From an uncultured Bacilli bacterium (GTDB lineage: Bacteria > Bacillota_I > Bacilli_A > RF39 > UBA660): 52,876 nucleotides of DNA. The stretch spans positions 1 through 52,876 of the forward strand of contig CANRPL010000002.1 of the NCBI GenBank assembly GCA_947632495.1. The letters are read 5' to 3'. The notes below the pieces were generated by a model. It did not search any database. It saw only the letters and a list, made by a program, of their open reading frames with translations, and was not told where the DNA came from. Shown piece after piece: positions 15,902 to 26,556 of the stretch. The translations under genes and the position numbers were made by a program. Within the stretch, counting starts at the first letter, position 1. The number at the start of each line of letters is the position of its first letter.

Positions 15902-16225
15902 TTATTCGGTCATAAATTGTGCGATAAAAGAAAAAAATTCCGTTAAAATGGTACTTACTGTATCTTTGATAGTATAGGATAACTTTTTACCAGCGTTAGC
16001 AAGTTTATTATTATAATCGGTCCGTTCATCTTTAATATAATCATCAACATCGACTTCTTTACCACTTTTGACATCTTCTTCAAACTGTTTAATTTGTTCA
16101 GCTGTTAATGTCATTTTTTGGTAATTCTGATATTCATAATATCCCGATATACCCGAAAAATATAATGTTAGATAAGCTATTAGTAATAGTATAAAAATGG
16201 TTTTAAAAATTTTTTCTTTTTTCAT
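15902..16225 (-). CDS. Hypothetical membrane-anchored protein
   Basis: 107-aa ORF with an N-terminal TM helix. It overlaps the spoIIP stop by 23 nt. Confidence 0.5.
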   Translation of the reverse strand: MKKEKIFKTIFILLLIAYLTLYFSGISGYYEYQNYQKMTLTAEQIKQFEEDVKSGKEVDVDDYIKDERTDYNNKLANAGKKLSYTIKDTVSTILTEFFSFIAQFMTE

Positions 16226-17081
16226 ATAAATATTCTCCTATAATTTTCCCTAAAACATCAAGCGTATTATTTACCTCTTCATAAGTATTTTGATTTCCTC
16301 CTACTTCAATTAGAATAATGTTACTATTTAAGTCTTGATTATAAATGCCATTGACGTTTTTACCACTCTTGGAAATAATACCTCGCGTCAAAGTGGGATA
16401 CTTATCTTTAATAAGTTTGTTAATGCTATTCATCACTTCTAAATTCTTCTTATAATTTTTATTTTCTTTACCTGATACAAAAAGAACTTTAGCGTATTTC
16501 TTTTTTTCAATTGTAACAGTTGATTTATCTTTCGTTACCGCATCCCGATGTAAGTCAATTAATAGATCAGGTTGATACTTTTGTAGAGCATCTTTAATAA
16601 AAAATTTACTGGCATAGTAACTATAGGCATAATCGATATTATTAACACGCATAAATTCTGTAATGTCCTGCTCTTCAACAATGGTCTTAACTTGATATTT
16701 CGTTAAAACATCTTTTAACCTTAAGGCAGCATCTAATACTGTCTTTTTATCTTTATAAGCTTCCTTTTGGTGCGTATTATAAATATAAACGCTGGGTAAA
16801 GTTGTATTAGTATTCGTCTTTTCTTTAAAAGTAAAAGCTAACTCCTTATCAACTGGATAATAGTAATTAAGTAATTTTTGCGGACTATTAATGGTATTCG
16901 TACTAATATATTTATGATAAGAATTAATTTGATTATGTTTAAAATTTAAATCAATCAACGGTATATGTAAAAACAATGATAAACATAGTTGAATGACTAT
17001 GTATGATAAAACTAATATTAAGAGATATTTAATAATTAAATCATGACGTAATTTGCGTTTCGATTTAAAATGTTTAGTCAT
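16203..17081 (-). CDS. spoIIP: Stage II sporulation protein P (SpoIIP-type amidase)
   Basis: N-terminal TM helix. VYIYNTHQKEAY, LIDLHRDA and ILIEVGG blocks are typical of SpoIIP. Confidence 0.8.
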   Translation of the reverse strand: MTKHFKSKRKLRHDLIIKYLLILVLSYIVIQLCLSLFLHIPLIDLNFKHNQINSYHKYISTNTINSPQKLLNYYYPVDKELAFTFKEKTNTNTTLPSVYIYNTHQKEAYKDKKTVLDAALRLKDVLTKYQVKTIVEEQDITEFMRVNNIDYAYSYYASKFFIKDALQKYQPDLLIDLHRDAVTKDKSTVTIEKKKYAKVLFVSGKENKNYKKNLEVMNSINKLIKDKYPTLTRGIISKSGKNVNGIYNQDLNSNIILIEVGGNQNTYEEVNNTLDVLGKIIGEYLYEKRKNF

Positions 17082-17141
17082 TTTATCACCAACATATATA
17101 TATCATAGTAATTCTAAAAAAGATGTCAAAAAAACTATGTA

Positions 17142-17849
17142 TTATCCATACATAGTTTCTTCCTCATATAAAAGGATATCAATAAGATCTTTAATACCTT
17201 TTATTTCTCCTTTAGAGTATTTAATTAAATCTTCACTACAATTATTTAAAACATAACCATTATATTGTTCTAAAAGATTTAAATCGCTGTTATCTTTACC
17301 GATAACGTAGATTTCACTCTTGTTAAAATGATAATGATCTTGTAGATAGTTAATCGCTTTATCTTTACTAGCATCAATATCGGTAATATTGATAAAGTTT
17401 TCATTAATTTGACCATGGATCATCGGAAATTTTAACGTAACTTCATTAAGGGTTATTTCAGCTTTAATCGTATCGTAAGGTTGAGCGACAATACCATTAG
17501 CGCAGGTATCTACACTTTTAATATAGCCATGACTTGTATCGATAAAAACTTCTAAAATATTATTGTCAGCTTGAAGCATATTGACAATCGGTCTAACGAG
17601 ATTAGCTTTAATATCTTTACGATATAAAACATTGTAGTAGCGATCAAAGATAACAGCGCCATTATTACATACATAATAATTAGGTTCTATATTGATGAAA
17701 GCTAACTGTTCAACAACAAAATTAATCGGTTTATTTGTCGCTAAAACAAAGATGTTACCTTTAGCCATAAAGCGATTAATCGCATTAACTAAATCGACAT
17801 CTTCAGATAATTTACTAATATTACTAATATCACTTATTAATACCTTCAT
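17142..17849 (-). CDS. HAD-IIB (Cof-like) hydrolase-fold protein with a degenerate motif I
   Basis: Cof-like length and GKDNSDL motif IV. Motif I reads ISDIS instead of DxDGT. Confidence 0.5.
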   Translation of the reverse strand: MKVLISDISNISKLSEDVDLVNAINRFMAKGNIFVLATNKPINFVVEQLAFINIEPNYYVCNNGAVIFDRYYNVLYRKDIKANLVRPIVNMLQADNNILEVFIDTSHGYIKSVDTCANGIVAQPYDTIKAEITLNEVTLKFPMIHGQINENFINITDIDASKDKAINYLQDHYHFNKSEIYVIGKDNSDLNLLEQYNGYVLNNCSEDLIKYSKGEIKGIKDLIDILLYEEETMYG

Positions 17850-17857
17850 AGAATCAC

Positions 17858-18388
17858 CTAACTTGTTAGAAAATAAGAAATAAAATCCCCCAAATTATGG
17901 AATGTATCAATGATGATGTAATATTTATCTTTCAGCCAACGATATTTCGTATCACTGGCATCGACGATAACACAATACTTGTTACCATTTTGTTTAGTAG
18001 TAATATTTTTAGTATATCGTCTAAACTTTTGCGCTACTAAAGAAGCATTAAGATAATCGGATTCACCATAGATAATGATTGTTCCTTTACATATATAAAT
18101 ACTATTAGCAGCAATATATTTATAGTAATCAAAAATGTTATTTAAATCAATAAGTAAATGATTAATTGACTTCTTTTTAAATAAGCGACGAAACTTCTTA
18201 ATCTTTACAGACTTACCATCTGGCATTTTAACACGTCGTTTATGAGAAAAAAGGCCAGATTTTTTATAACGTACTAGTTCATAGAGACCAATTTTATTAT
18301 TACTTTTTAAAAGCTTAAGTAACTTTTTGTTATTGACTCCTATACAGACGACATTACCTTGTAATTTTTTTATTTCATCATTTAGCAT
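17858..18388 (-). CDS. Hypothetical basic protein
   Basis: 176-aa ORF that overlaps the tcdA stop by 11 nt. No family recognised. Confidence 0.45.
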   Translation of the reverse strand: MLNDEIKKLQGNVVCIGVNNKKLLKLLKSNNKIGLYELVRYKKSGLFSHKRRVKMPDGKSVKIKKFRRLFKKKSINHLLIDLNNIFDYYKYIAANSIYICKGTIIIYGESDYLNASLVAQKFRRYTKNITTKQNGNKYCVIVDASDTKYRWLKDKYYIIIDTFHNLGDFISYFLTS

Positions 18389-19070
18389 TTTGATCTACCT
18401 GCTTTACTATATCATTAACAATATAACTAGTACATAATAGTCCTGCTACAGGTGGAACAAAAGAACAAGAAGGAATGACATCAGTTGCTTTAACAACCTT
18501 TTCTTCATCACTACATACGACGTAGACGTCTTTTTTAATAGCGTTATCTTTGACATATTTACGTAATACTTTCGCTAGTGGGTCATAGGATGTATCTTTT
18601 AACTTCATTATTTTAAAACGTTCAGGATGAAGCTTATTACCAGTTCCCATTGAACTAATTAGTTTAATATTATTACTTGTACAATAACTAATTAAGGCTT
18701 CCTTGGTGGCGATGGTATCACAACAGTCAACCACATAATCAATTTGTTCTTTAAAAAGTTCCATTAAATTATCAGAACTTATGAATTTGGTAATTTTAAT
18801 TACTTCGATATCGGGATTGATTTCTTTTAGTCTCTTTTCAAAAGCATCTGTCTTATACTGACCGATCGTTTTAGTTGTAGCGATAATTTGTCTATTGATA
18901 TTCGATACATCAATTTTATCAGCATCGACAATAGTTATCTTTTTAACATCTAGACGAGCAATACTTTCAAGGGCATAGCCCCCTACTCCACCTAAACCAA
19001 TGACAAGTATATGGAGATTACTAATCTTTTCTACTGCATCTGGTATTAATAACGCTAAACGGTCTGTCAT
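18378..19070 (-). CDS. tcdA: tRNA threonylcarbamoyladenosine dehydratase (ThiF/MoeB-fold, TcdA/CsdL family)
   Basis: VIGLGGVGGYALESIARLDVKKITIVDADKIDVSNINRQ is a nucleotide-binding motif typical of TcdA. Confidence 0.8.
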   Translation of the reverse strand: MTDRLALLIPDAVEKISNLHILVIGLGGVGGYALESIARLDVKKITIVDADKIDVSNINRQIIATTKTIGQYKTDAFEKRLKEINPDIEVIKITKFISSDNLMELFKEQIDYVVDCCDTIATKEALISYCTSNNIKLISSMGTGNKLHPERFKIMKLKDTSYDPLAKVLRKYVKDNAIKKDVYVVCSDEEKVVKATDVIPSCSFVPPVAGLLCTSYIVNDIVKQVDQNAK

Positions 19071-19132
19071 ACCTATCCCTCAAAACTATTTTATCATACT
19101 GACATAGAAAAAAACAAGTAAGAAGACCTTAC

Positions 19133-21076
19133 TTATTTTTCAAATTGTGAATTATATAATTTAGCATAGAAACCATTTAAATTAATTAATTCATCATGTG
19201 TTCCTTGTTCGACAATATTACCCTCTTGCATAACAAGAATTAAATCAGCATTTTTAATAGTTGACAAACGATGCGCGATAATAAATGATGTTTTACCTAC
19301 CGTTAATTTATCCATCGCTTTTTGAACTAATTCTTCAGTACGGGTATCAACGTTAGAAGTTGCTTCATCTAAAATTAGGAATGGAGCTTCCTTTAACATA
19401 CCACGAGCGATTGTCATTAACTGTTTTTGTCCTTGACTGACAGATTCACTATCATCTATTTCAGCATTTAATTTACCAGGAAGAGTCTTAATGAAATGAT
19501 CGATACCGACAGTCTTGCAAGCTTGAAGAATTTCATCATCATCAACTTCAGCATTATTAAATTTAAGATTATCACGAACGGTACCATCAAATAACCAGGT
19601 ATCTTGTAAAACCATAACGAATAGATCATGGATATTTTCTCTTGTTAAATCTTTAGTTGAAATACCATCAATATAAATGTTTCCACTTTTAATATCATAA
19701 AATTTCATCAATAAGTTAACCATCGTTGTCTTACCAGCTCCAGTAGGACCGACGATAGCGACTTTTTGACCAGCTTTAATTGTAGCGCTAAAGTCCTTGA
19801 TAACATCTGTTTTACCATCATAACTAAATTTAACATGATCAAAAACGATATTACCTTCAATATGTTTCATATCAAGTTTTTCTTTGATATCTTTTTCATT
19901 CGACATCTCTTTTTCATCTAATAATTCAAAGACACGTTCAGAAGCGGCAGCTGTCGATTGTAAGAAAGTAAAGGCTTGCGCTATTTGATTTAATGGATTA
20001 GTAAATAGACGTACGTAAATCATAAAGGCAACTATTACACCAAAAGAAATAATATTATTTGATGTTAATAATGCTCCGACAACGCATACAGCAACATAGC
20101 CAAAATTACCGATGAAGCCCATAATTGGTTGCATAAGCCCTGATAAGAATTGACTTTTACGATTGCAGTAATATAGGCGATTATTTAAAGCATTAAATTC
20201 TTCTTTAGCATGTTCTTCACCATTATAGGCAATAACGACATTATGACCAGAATAAATCTCTTCAATATGACCATTAAGATTACCTAATTGTTTTTGACGT
20301 TGTGTAAAGTATTTTTGGGAACGACCTAATATTAACCCCATAATACCAAAGCCGATAATACTTGCAAAAATAGCTGTAATGGCCATTATCCAGTTGGTAA
20401 TAAACATCATAATAATAGAACCGACGAAAAGTGTAATACTAGTAACTAAAACAGATAAACTTTGATTTAAATGCATCGCAATGGTATCGACATCATTTGT
20501 AATACGTGATAAGACATCACCTGTTTCATGGCGGTCGAAATAACTTAATGGTAAATTATTTATTTTATTACTGATACTTGTTCTTAAACTTTTAGCGAAA
20601 TTATTAGATATTGTTGAAAGAATAAAAGACTGAATAAAACTAAATAAAGCACTAATACCATATAAGATTGCAAGTAATAAAGATATATTACGAACCTTTT
20701 TAATATTCATTTCGGGTTTAATTTTATCATAGATAGATTTAGGTAAAGTATCTAATTTAACGATAAACTCTTCCCCATCTTGAGTGCTATCTTGTAAAAT
20801 TTGACTAAAGGCTAATTTATCTTCAGGTTTAATACCTGTATCAGCCATAATTTTTGAAACCATTTCTTCATTTAAATTAGGTGTTAATCCTTCAGTAATA
20901 ATATCCGTTAAGTCGGATAATTTGTTTGGTGAAATAAGAGCTAGAATAGCGCTTATCATCGCTAAAGAAAGAGCAATTAGTAGCATGATACGCCATGGTT
21001 TTAAATTGCCTAAAAGACGTTTCATGGAACCTTTAAAATCTTTAGACTTTTCAAAATTTCTTTGTCCTCTAGGCAT
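19133..21076 (-). CDS. ABC transporter, fused permease and ATP-binding subunit (heterodimeric exporter partner)
   Basis: Six-TM domain, then Walker A GPTGAGKTT, signature SQGQKQ and Walker B ILDEATS. Confidence 0.88.
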   Translation of the reverse strand: MPRGQRNFEKSKDFKGSMKRLLGNLKPWRIMLLIALSLAMISAILALISPNKLSDLTDIITEGLTPNLNEEMVSKIMADTGIKPEDKLAFSQILQDSTQDGEEFIVKLDTLPKSIYDKIKPEMNIKKVRNISLLLAILYGISALFSFIQSFILSTISNNFAKSLRTSISNKINNLPLSYFDRHETGDVLSRITNDVDTIAMHLNQSLSVLVTSITLFVGSIIMMFITNWIMAITAIFASIIGFGIMGLILGRSQKYFTQRQKQLGNLNGHIEEIYSGHNVVIAYNGEEHAKEEFNALNNRLYYCNRKSQFLSGLMQPIMGFIGNFGYVAVCVVGALLTSNNIISFGVIVAFMIYVRLFTNPLNQIAQAFTFLQSTAAASERVFELLDEKEMSNEKDIKEKLDMKHIEGNIVFDHVKFSYDGKTDVIKDFSATIKAGQKVAIVGPTGAGKTTMVNLLMKFYDIKSGNIYIDGISTKDLTRENIHDLFVMVLQDTWLFDGTVRDNLKFNNAEVDDDEILQACKTVGIDHFIKTLPGKLNAEIDDSESVSQGQKQLMTIARGMLKEAPFLILDEATSNVDTRTEELVQKAMDKLTVGKTSFIIAHRLSTIKNADLILVMQEGNIVEQGTHDELINLNGFYAKLYNSQFEK

Positions 21077-22829
21077 TGTCTAACTCCTCCTTTGATAGTT
21101 GCGATAAAGCAATCTCTTTATATACTTCACAATTTTTCATAAGCTCTTGATGTTTACCGATACCAACACATTCACCACGATCTAAAACAATTATTTTATC
21201 AGCATTTAATATCGTACCAATTCTTTGTGCGACAATGATGCTGGTAGCATCTTTGGTATACTCTTTTAACTCTTTGCGTAATGTTGAGTCAGTCTTATAA
21301 TCAAGAGCACTAAAAGAATCATCAAAAATATAGATTTCTGGGTCATAAGCAATAGCGCGGGCAATAGCTAGACGTTGTTTTTGACCACCGGATATGTTTG
21401 TACCACCACGAGCAATATGGGCCTCCATACCACCTTCCATTTTATTGACAAACTCATCAGCTTGCGCAATACGGATGGCATCTTTAACTTTTGCTTCCGT
21501 AGTCTCTTTATGATTATCTCCATAAGCCACATTATCATGAACAGTCTCATTAAACATAAAAGCTTTTTGCGCTACATAACCTAATTTACTATGGAGACTT
21601 GCTAATTTATATTGTTTAACGTTAACACCATCAACTAATACTTCCCCATCAGTAACATCATAAAAACGCGGAATTAAATTGATAAGGGTTGATTTACCAC
21701 TACCAGTGGAACCTATTAACGCTACTGTTTCACCACGATTAACTTTGAATGATATATTTTTAAGAAGATATTCATCAGCATCAGGATATTTAAATGATAC
21801 ATTACGAAATTCAATAGTACCTAATGCATTTTTATTTCCTTCAGTTATTTGGCCATCTTTAATACTTGTTTTGCGATCTAATACTTCGTTGATACGACCA
21901 GCAGATACTTGTGCTCTTGGCCACATCATAAAGATCATCGCCAACATTAAGAAAGACATAATAACTTGCATACCATAACTAGTGAAGACAACCATATTAC
22001 CAAAAAGCGTAATTTTATCGGTCATACTAGCATCCATAATTAGATAAGCACCAATAAAATATATACCTAAAGTAAGAAAATGCATAACTAAATTCATAAC
22101 GGGATTTAATATAGCAAAACATCTTTGGTTAAATAATTGTGTTCTCGTTAATTTATCATTAACTTCTTCAAAACGCTCTAATTGAAAGTCTTCAGCATTA
22201 AAAGCATGAATAACGCGAATACCGGTTAAGTTTTCTCTTGTTACCCCATTAATCTTATCAATTAGCTTTTGAACAATTTTAAAACGTGGTAAGACGATAA
22301 TCATTAAGATAATAACGGTCGTAAGTAAAATGACAACGCAACCGCCAGTTAAGGCACTCCATTCCATACTTTTATTGACAATTTTTGAAATGGCCCAAAC
22401 AGCCATGATCGGAGCTTTAATTAACATTTGAAGCCCCATAGCGATAACCATTTCGATTTGGGTAACATCGTTAGTTGTTCTCGTAATTAAACTACTTGTT
22501 GAAAAATCTTTAATCTCATCCATTCCAAAACCTAAAGTATGATCAAATATTTCTTTACGTAATTTTCGGGAAAAAGAGGCACTAATTAGGGCGGCAAAAT
22601 ATCCTACAATAATAGCGGATATTAGTGATCCAACCGCACATAGTAACATAAATCCCCCTTGTTTTAGAATATCCCCCATTTTACTTCCTGACGTTTGAAC
22701 CAAGCGGGTAATTTCTGTCATATAGTCGGGTAACTTTAAATCTAACCAAACTTGAAAAGCCACTAGACAAACACATATTAGGGCAAATAAAAGATCTCTT
22801 TTACTTAATTTTTTTAGTAATTTAAACAT
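21069..22829 (-). CDS. ABC transporter, fused permease and ATP-binding subunit (heterodimeric exporter partner)
   Basis: Walker A GSTGSGKST, signature SGGQKQR and Walker B IFDDSFS. Overlaps the downstream partner by 8 nt. Confidence 0.88.
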   Translation of the reverse strand: MFKLLKKLSKRDLLFALICVCLVAFQVWLDLKLPDYMTEITRLVQTSGSKMGDILKQGGFMLLCAVGSLISAIIVGYFAALISASFSRKLRKEIFDHTLGFGMDEIKDFSTSSLITRTTNDVTQIEMVIAMGLQMLIKAPIMAVWAISKIVNKSMEWSALTGGCVVILLTTVIILMIIVLPRFKIVQKLIDKINGVTRENLTGIRVIHAFNAEDFQLERFEEVNDKLTRTQLFNQRCFAILNPVMNLVMHFLTLGIYFIGAYLIMDASMTDKITLFGNMVVFTSYGMQVIMSFLMLAMIFMMWPRAQVSAGRINEVLDRKTSIKDGQITEGNKNALGTIEFRNVSFKYPDADEYLLKNISFKVNRGETVALIGSTGSGKSTLINLIPRFYDVTDGEVLVDGVNVKQYKLASLHSKLGYVAQKAFMFNETVHDNVAYGDNHKETTEAKVKDAIRIAQADEFVNKMEGGMEAHIARGGTNISGGQKQRLAIARAIAYDPEIYIFDDSFSALDYKTDSTLRKELKEYTKDATSIIVAQRIGTILNADKIIVLDRGECVGIGKHQELMKNCEVYKEIALSQLSKEELDNA

Positions 22830-22841
22830 AATTCCTCCTTA

Positions 22842-23438
22842 TTAATAAATTCCTTTTTGAACAATTTTTAATTGATGATAAAAATGTTCTTTAACGACAT
22901 CTAATTCGAAATTCATAATATAATATTGTGAAATAGAATGAATTAGAATATTGACTAATAGATCGGTAACATCTTTAATATCGATATCTTTTTGAATTCT
23001 TTGGTGAGCTTGTTCATTAAATAAAGTAACAGTTTTAATAACTTCATCTCTCGAGCCAGCATCCATTAGTTTATTTTCAATATTATGGTTTAACCCAATA
23101 AAAAACATCTTTAAAAGGGCCCCATAATTACCATTATCACAATATTCAATTATTTCTTCAAACATATTAGAACATACATCGATAATCGTTTTACTATTTT
23201 TAGTTGCATTATTTAGAAAGTCTATTAAAATATTATGATATGTACTAAAAATATATAAATATAAATCTTCTTTATCATTAAAATAAAGATAGAAACTTCC
23301 TCTTGGCATATCGATTGATTGAATAATACGGTTAATAGATATTTGATCATAAGGATATTTAGAAAATTCATTTAAAGCTGATGTAATTAATCTTTTCCTT
23401 TTTTGTTCTTCTAGATGCATAAAAGCTTTATTTGGCAT
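22842..23438 (-). CDS. TetR/AcrR family transcriptional regulator
   Basis: N-terminal HTH region RKRLITSALNEFSKYPYDQISINRIIQSIDMPRGSFYLYF. AGGTGAG sits before ATG 23438. It is upstream of the ABC exporter pair. Confidence 0.8.
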   Translation of the reverse strand: MPNKAFMHLEEQKRKRLITSALNEFSKYPYDQISINRIIQSIDMPRGSFYLYFNDKEDLYLYIFSTYHNILIDFLNNATKNSKTIIDVCSNMFEEIIEYCDNGNYGALLKMFFIGLNHNIENKLMDAGSRDEVIKTVTLFNEQAHQRIQKDIDIKDVTDLLVNILIHSISQYYIMNFELDVVKEHFYHQLKIVQKGIY

Positions 23439-23556
23439 AATCTCACCTACCATATTACCAACAAAGATAATTATACTATGACACGTTGTCATAGTCAACC
23501 CATAATTTATGAATTGTCTTTTTTTGACATATAGGTTATAATAATTATTGGGTGAT

Positions 23557-24081
23557 ATGATGAAATATAAAAAAATGGTCTTAACTTTTTTAATAATGTT
23601 TTTATTAATGGGTTGTGATAATAGTACTACTGGTGAATTAGAAAAGAATTTATCGAAAGATATCGATGTTGCCGATACTGAAGATGCTAAATTAGTTTGT
23701 CGTATGGACTTTGATCGTCGTGAAGATGGTTATGTTATTGGATCAAAATACTATGTCTTTGCTGATAGTAAAGATAATGTTAAAAAAGTTATATCTCGTG
23801 AAGTTTATAACTCATATGAAAAAGATATATTAGATAGCTTTGAACAAGCAGCTGATGAAGAAAATACGGCAGCTAGTCAGTATGGTGGATATGAATATAA
23901 CATTTCTCGTAAAGATAATAAGTTAACTGTCGATGTAACAATTGATTACGCAGCTTTTGATTTAGATAAGTTTATAACCGATAATGCCACAGATGGAAGT
24001 AGTTCTATCGATACAAGTTTAACTTTATCTAATTTTGAATCACGTTATATTACTTTAGGTGCAGTATGTGAAAAAAAGTAA
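23557..24081 (+). CDS. Lipoprotein of unknown function
   Basis: Signal peptide with lipobox LLMGC. The start is ATG 23557 or 23560; the track start is a TTG at 23548. Confidence 0.6.
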   Translation: MMKYKKMVLTFLIMFLLMGCDNSTTGELEKNLSKDIDVADTEDAKLVCRMDFDRREDGYVIGSKYYVFADSKDNVKKVISREVYNSYEKDILDSFEQAADEENTAASQYGGYEYNISRKDNKLTVDVTIDYAAFDLDKFITDNATDGSSSIDTSLTLSNFESRYITLGAVCEKK

Positions 24082-24092
24082 AGAATTAATCT

Positions 24093-24845
24093 TTACTTTT
24101 TATATTGTTTAAATAGAATTTTACTTATACCATCAAATGATGAACCATCGGTTAAGACAATATCAAATTCTCTTTTATATAATTCTAGACTAGCTTTATT
24201 TAAAAAGCCAATATTAATGGTTTTAAGATGCGTTGAAACATTCTTATCTGATGGTAAATCACCAAATAAGACTCCTCTTTCATCATCTTGAAGTGGAAGT
24301 TTTATAGTATTTTTATTGTGGGTATGAATTACAGGTTCTTCTAAACCAACAATTTTATCATTAACGACTCGTACCGTATTAGTAATAATTGAAACATTAG
24401 GCGTTAAAGCATGAGCTCTTTTTAAAGCGCCTTCAATAGGTTCAAATAATCCCCCACTAACAATAAAGACCGGAATTTGTAAACGACTCGTTTCTTCAAT
24501 AAAGGCTGTAAACCCAGGTCTTACTTTTAATGCATTTGTCTCACGAGCTATCCGTCTAAACAAATCAATATTTATACCAAATTCGGCAAAATGGGATATC
24601 TCCTCGCGTGGCCAATCACATAGTAATTTGATACGTTCTTGCAAAGGTATTTGATGATTTAGTTCAATTGGACGATACTTATTATAACAATCATTTAAGG
24701 CTTGTTTAAAGTCTTCACTTAAAAGTGAACTTTCGGAATAGATACCCCAAGATGAAGTACTATCAGTAGTTGTAATCGTTTGATCAAAATCACAAACAAT
24801 ATAAGATATCCCTTTAAAGGAAATAGGTTTATTAACATAAATCAT
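24093..24845 (-). CDS. HAD-superfamily nucleotidase resembling eukaryotic cytosolic 5'-nucleotidase III (UMPH-1 / NT5C3 family)
   Basis: Motif I VCDFDQTIT. The block IPVFIVSGGLFEPIEGALKRAHALTPNVSIITN...VIHTHNKN parallels human NT5C3 [33 protein letters not shown]...LIHVFNKH. ATG 24845 lies 1 nt after the upstream stop. Confidence 0.7.
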   Translation of the reverse strand: MIYVNKPISFKGISYIVCDFDQTITTTDSTSSWGIYSESSLLSEDFKQALNDCYNKYRPIELNHQIPLQERIKLLCDWPREEISHFAEFGINIDLFRRIARETNALKVRPGFTAFIEETSRLQIPVFIVSGGLFEPIEGALKRAHALTPNVSIITNTVRVVNDKIVGLEEPVIHTHNKNTIKLPLQDDERGVLFGDLPSDKNVSTHLKTINIGFLNKASLELYKREFDIVLTDGSSFDGISKILFKQYKK

Positions 24846-24846
24846 A

Positions 24847-25539
24847 TTATTTTTGATATACCTTAAAAGTATCTTTTCCCGCTTCACGGTGATGAGTATA
24901 GATTGGTACATCAATTTGATATTTAGTAAGAATATCACGAACAGCTTTTAAGTAATTTAGGATATATTGTTCTCTAATAGCTGGATAATTAATATTAAAA
25001 CTAGCCATATCTTTATGGAGTGGATGATTAGGATTAACTTTAGCTTTTCGCGTGTAATAATCGACGATTTCTTCATCACAAAAACCTAAAAAAGAGATAT
25101 CACCTTCATTAACATATTTACTATAAGGAACACTTACACCAATTAGATGTTCTAGACTAATCGCATCTAATGTACGTACTTCATCATAAAAGGTTGTAAA
25201 ATCACCTAATTGCTTCATATCTAAATCAGAAAATATTGGCTTATAAGGAAGAGTCCTAATAGGACTTATTTTTTTATCGAGAATAAGTGATAAAAAGTGT
25301 GTTGTATAGTGATAAAAACCAGATGTCTCACGTCCATGAAGTCTATGCTTTTCAGAAGGAGCATATTCAACTAGGCATATTTCATTATCATGATTTAATT
25401 TATGACGATTAGGTTGTTTTAAATTACTTCTTGATAAAATATTGCCACTTAAAATAATTTGTTCTAATGTTTGTAGTGAATAATTAGCATCACCAACAAT
25501 AGAATAGAAATAACAATCTTTAATATTTAGTTTACTCAT
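24847..25539 (-). CDS. Hypothetical protein, translationally coupled to the NT5C3-like nucleotidase
   Basis: GGAGG sits before ATG 25539 (MSKLNIK...); the track start 25620 is an unsupported extension into holA. No family recognised. Confidence 0.5.
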   Translation of the reverse strand: MSKLNIKDCYFYSIVGDANYSLQTLEQIILSGNILSRSNLKQPNRHKLNHDNEICLVEYAPSEKHRLHGRETSGFYHYTTHFLSLILDKKISPIRTLPYKPIFSDLDMKQLGDFTTFYDEVRTLDAISLEHLIGVSVPYSKYVNEGDISFLGFCDEEIVDYYTRKAKVNPNHPLHKDMASFNINYPAIREQYILNYLKAVRDILTKYQIDVPIYTHHREAGKDTFKVYQK

Positions 25540-25591
25540 ATTAGCCTCCAAACATTGACTTATTCTAACATAAAAAATAAAAAAAGCCAAA

Positions 25592-26518
25592 TTAAATATT
25601 GAGAATAAATAGCTCAACACCTAATTCGGCATTAACTTTACCAGTCTTAATGTCACAATCTAAATCCGCTAAAGCTTCTAAATAATGTAGTAATACTTTA
25701 GATGAATATTTATTAGCACTTTCACAAGCTAACTTAACAGGATATGGATGAACACCTAATATTTTAGCAATTTCATTATGATTTAGACCCTTTTTACTTA
25801 AATTAGAAGCTTGATACATCAATCTAAATTTACTAGCAATTAAAGCGATAACGTCAGCTGGATCATCATTATTTTTTAATATTTCATAATATGTTTTTAA
25901 AGCAATATCTGTTTTTTTATTAATTATATTGTCAACAAAGGTATAAATGTTGGTATCGATATTCAAAGAAGAAACCATTAAAATATCTTCTTTAGTTACT
26001 TTTTTATCGCTATCCTTATATAGTTTAATTTTCGTTATTTCTTGATTTAAAATAGCGCTTGTAGAGCCTACTCTTTCTATTAATAAATTGATAGCCTCCC
26101 TATCTATTTCATAATCAGCAAAGAGTTTTTTTACTAAAGTAGGAGGATCAATTTTATTAAATTCTTTGATTTGACCAACTTCTTTAATCTTTTTCGTAAT
26201 TTTTTTGGTATTATCAATAGTTTCATTATGATTAATTATAATAAGCGTTGTACTAGGATTATAGTGTTCTAGATATTCAAGGAGAAGACTCACATCATCT
26301 TCATTATTTTTAACGCGGTTAAAATAAGAACAATTATCAATAATAACTATTTTATTACTTTGAAATAATGATAACATCTGACAATCATCAATAATATTTT
26401 TAATATTATCGGAATCAAGATTATAGCGGATGACGTCAGCATCTTTTTCTTTATTGATTATTTTTTCGACTTCTTCATTAATTAGAAAAGCTTCTAACCC
26501 ATATAAGAGATAATTCAT
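25592..26518 (-). CDS. holA: DNA polymerase III delta subunit
   Basis: Length, N-terminal YLLYGLEAFLINEEVEKI and overall delta-subunit pattern. Confidence 0.75.
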   Translation of the reverse strand: MNYLLYGLEAFLINEEVEKIINKEKDADVIRYNLDSDNIKNIIDDCQMLSLFQSNKIVIIDNCSYFNRVKNNEDDVSLLLEYLEHYNPSTTLIIINHNETIDNTKKITKKIKEVGQIKEFNKIDPPTLVKKLFADYEIDREAINLLIERVGSTSAILNQEITKIKLYKDSDKKVTKEDILMVSSLNIDTNIYTFVDNIINKKTDIALKTYYEILKNNDDPADVIALIASKFRLMYQASNLSKKGLNHNEIAKILGVHPYPVKLACESANKYSSKVLLHYLEALADLDCDIKTGKVNAELGVELFILNI

Positions 26519-26556
26519 ATTACCACCTAATATTATTATAACATAAAAAGAGGAAA

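Noticed and set aside
23499-23556. TTGACA and TATAAT hexamers in the divergent TetR/lipoprotein intergenic region, as a promoter-operator pair.
   Set aside because: The two hexamers are only 7 nt apart, so they cannot form one promoter. No clear palindromic TetR operator could be defined.
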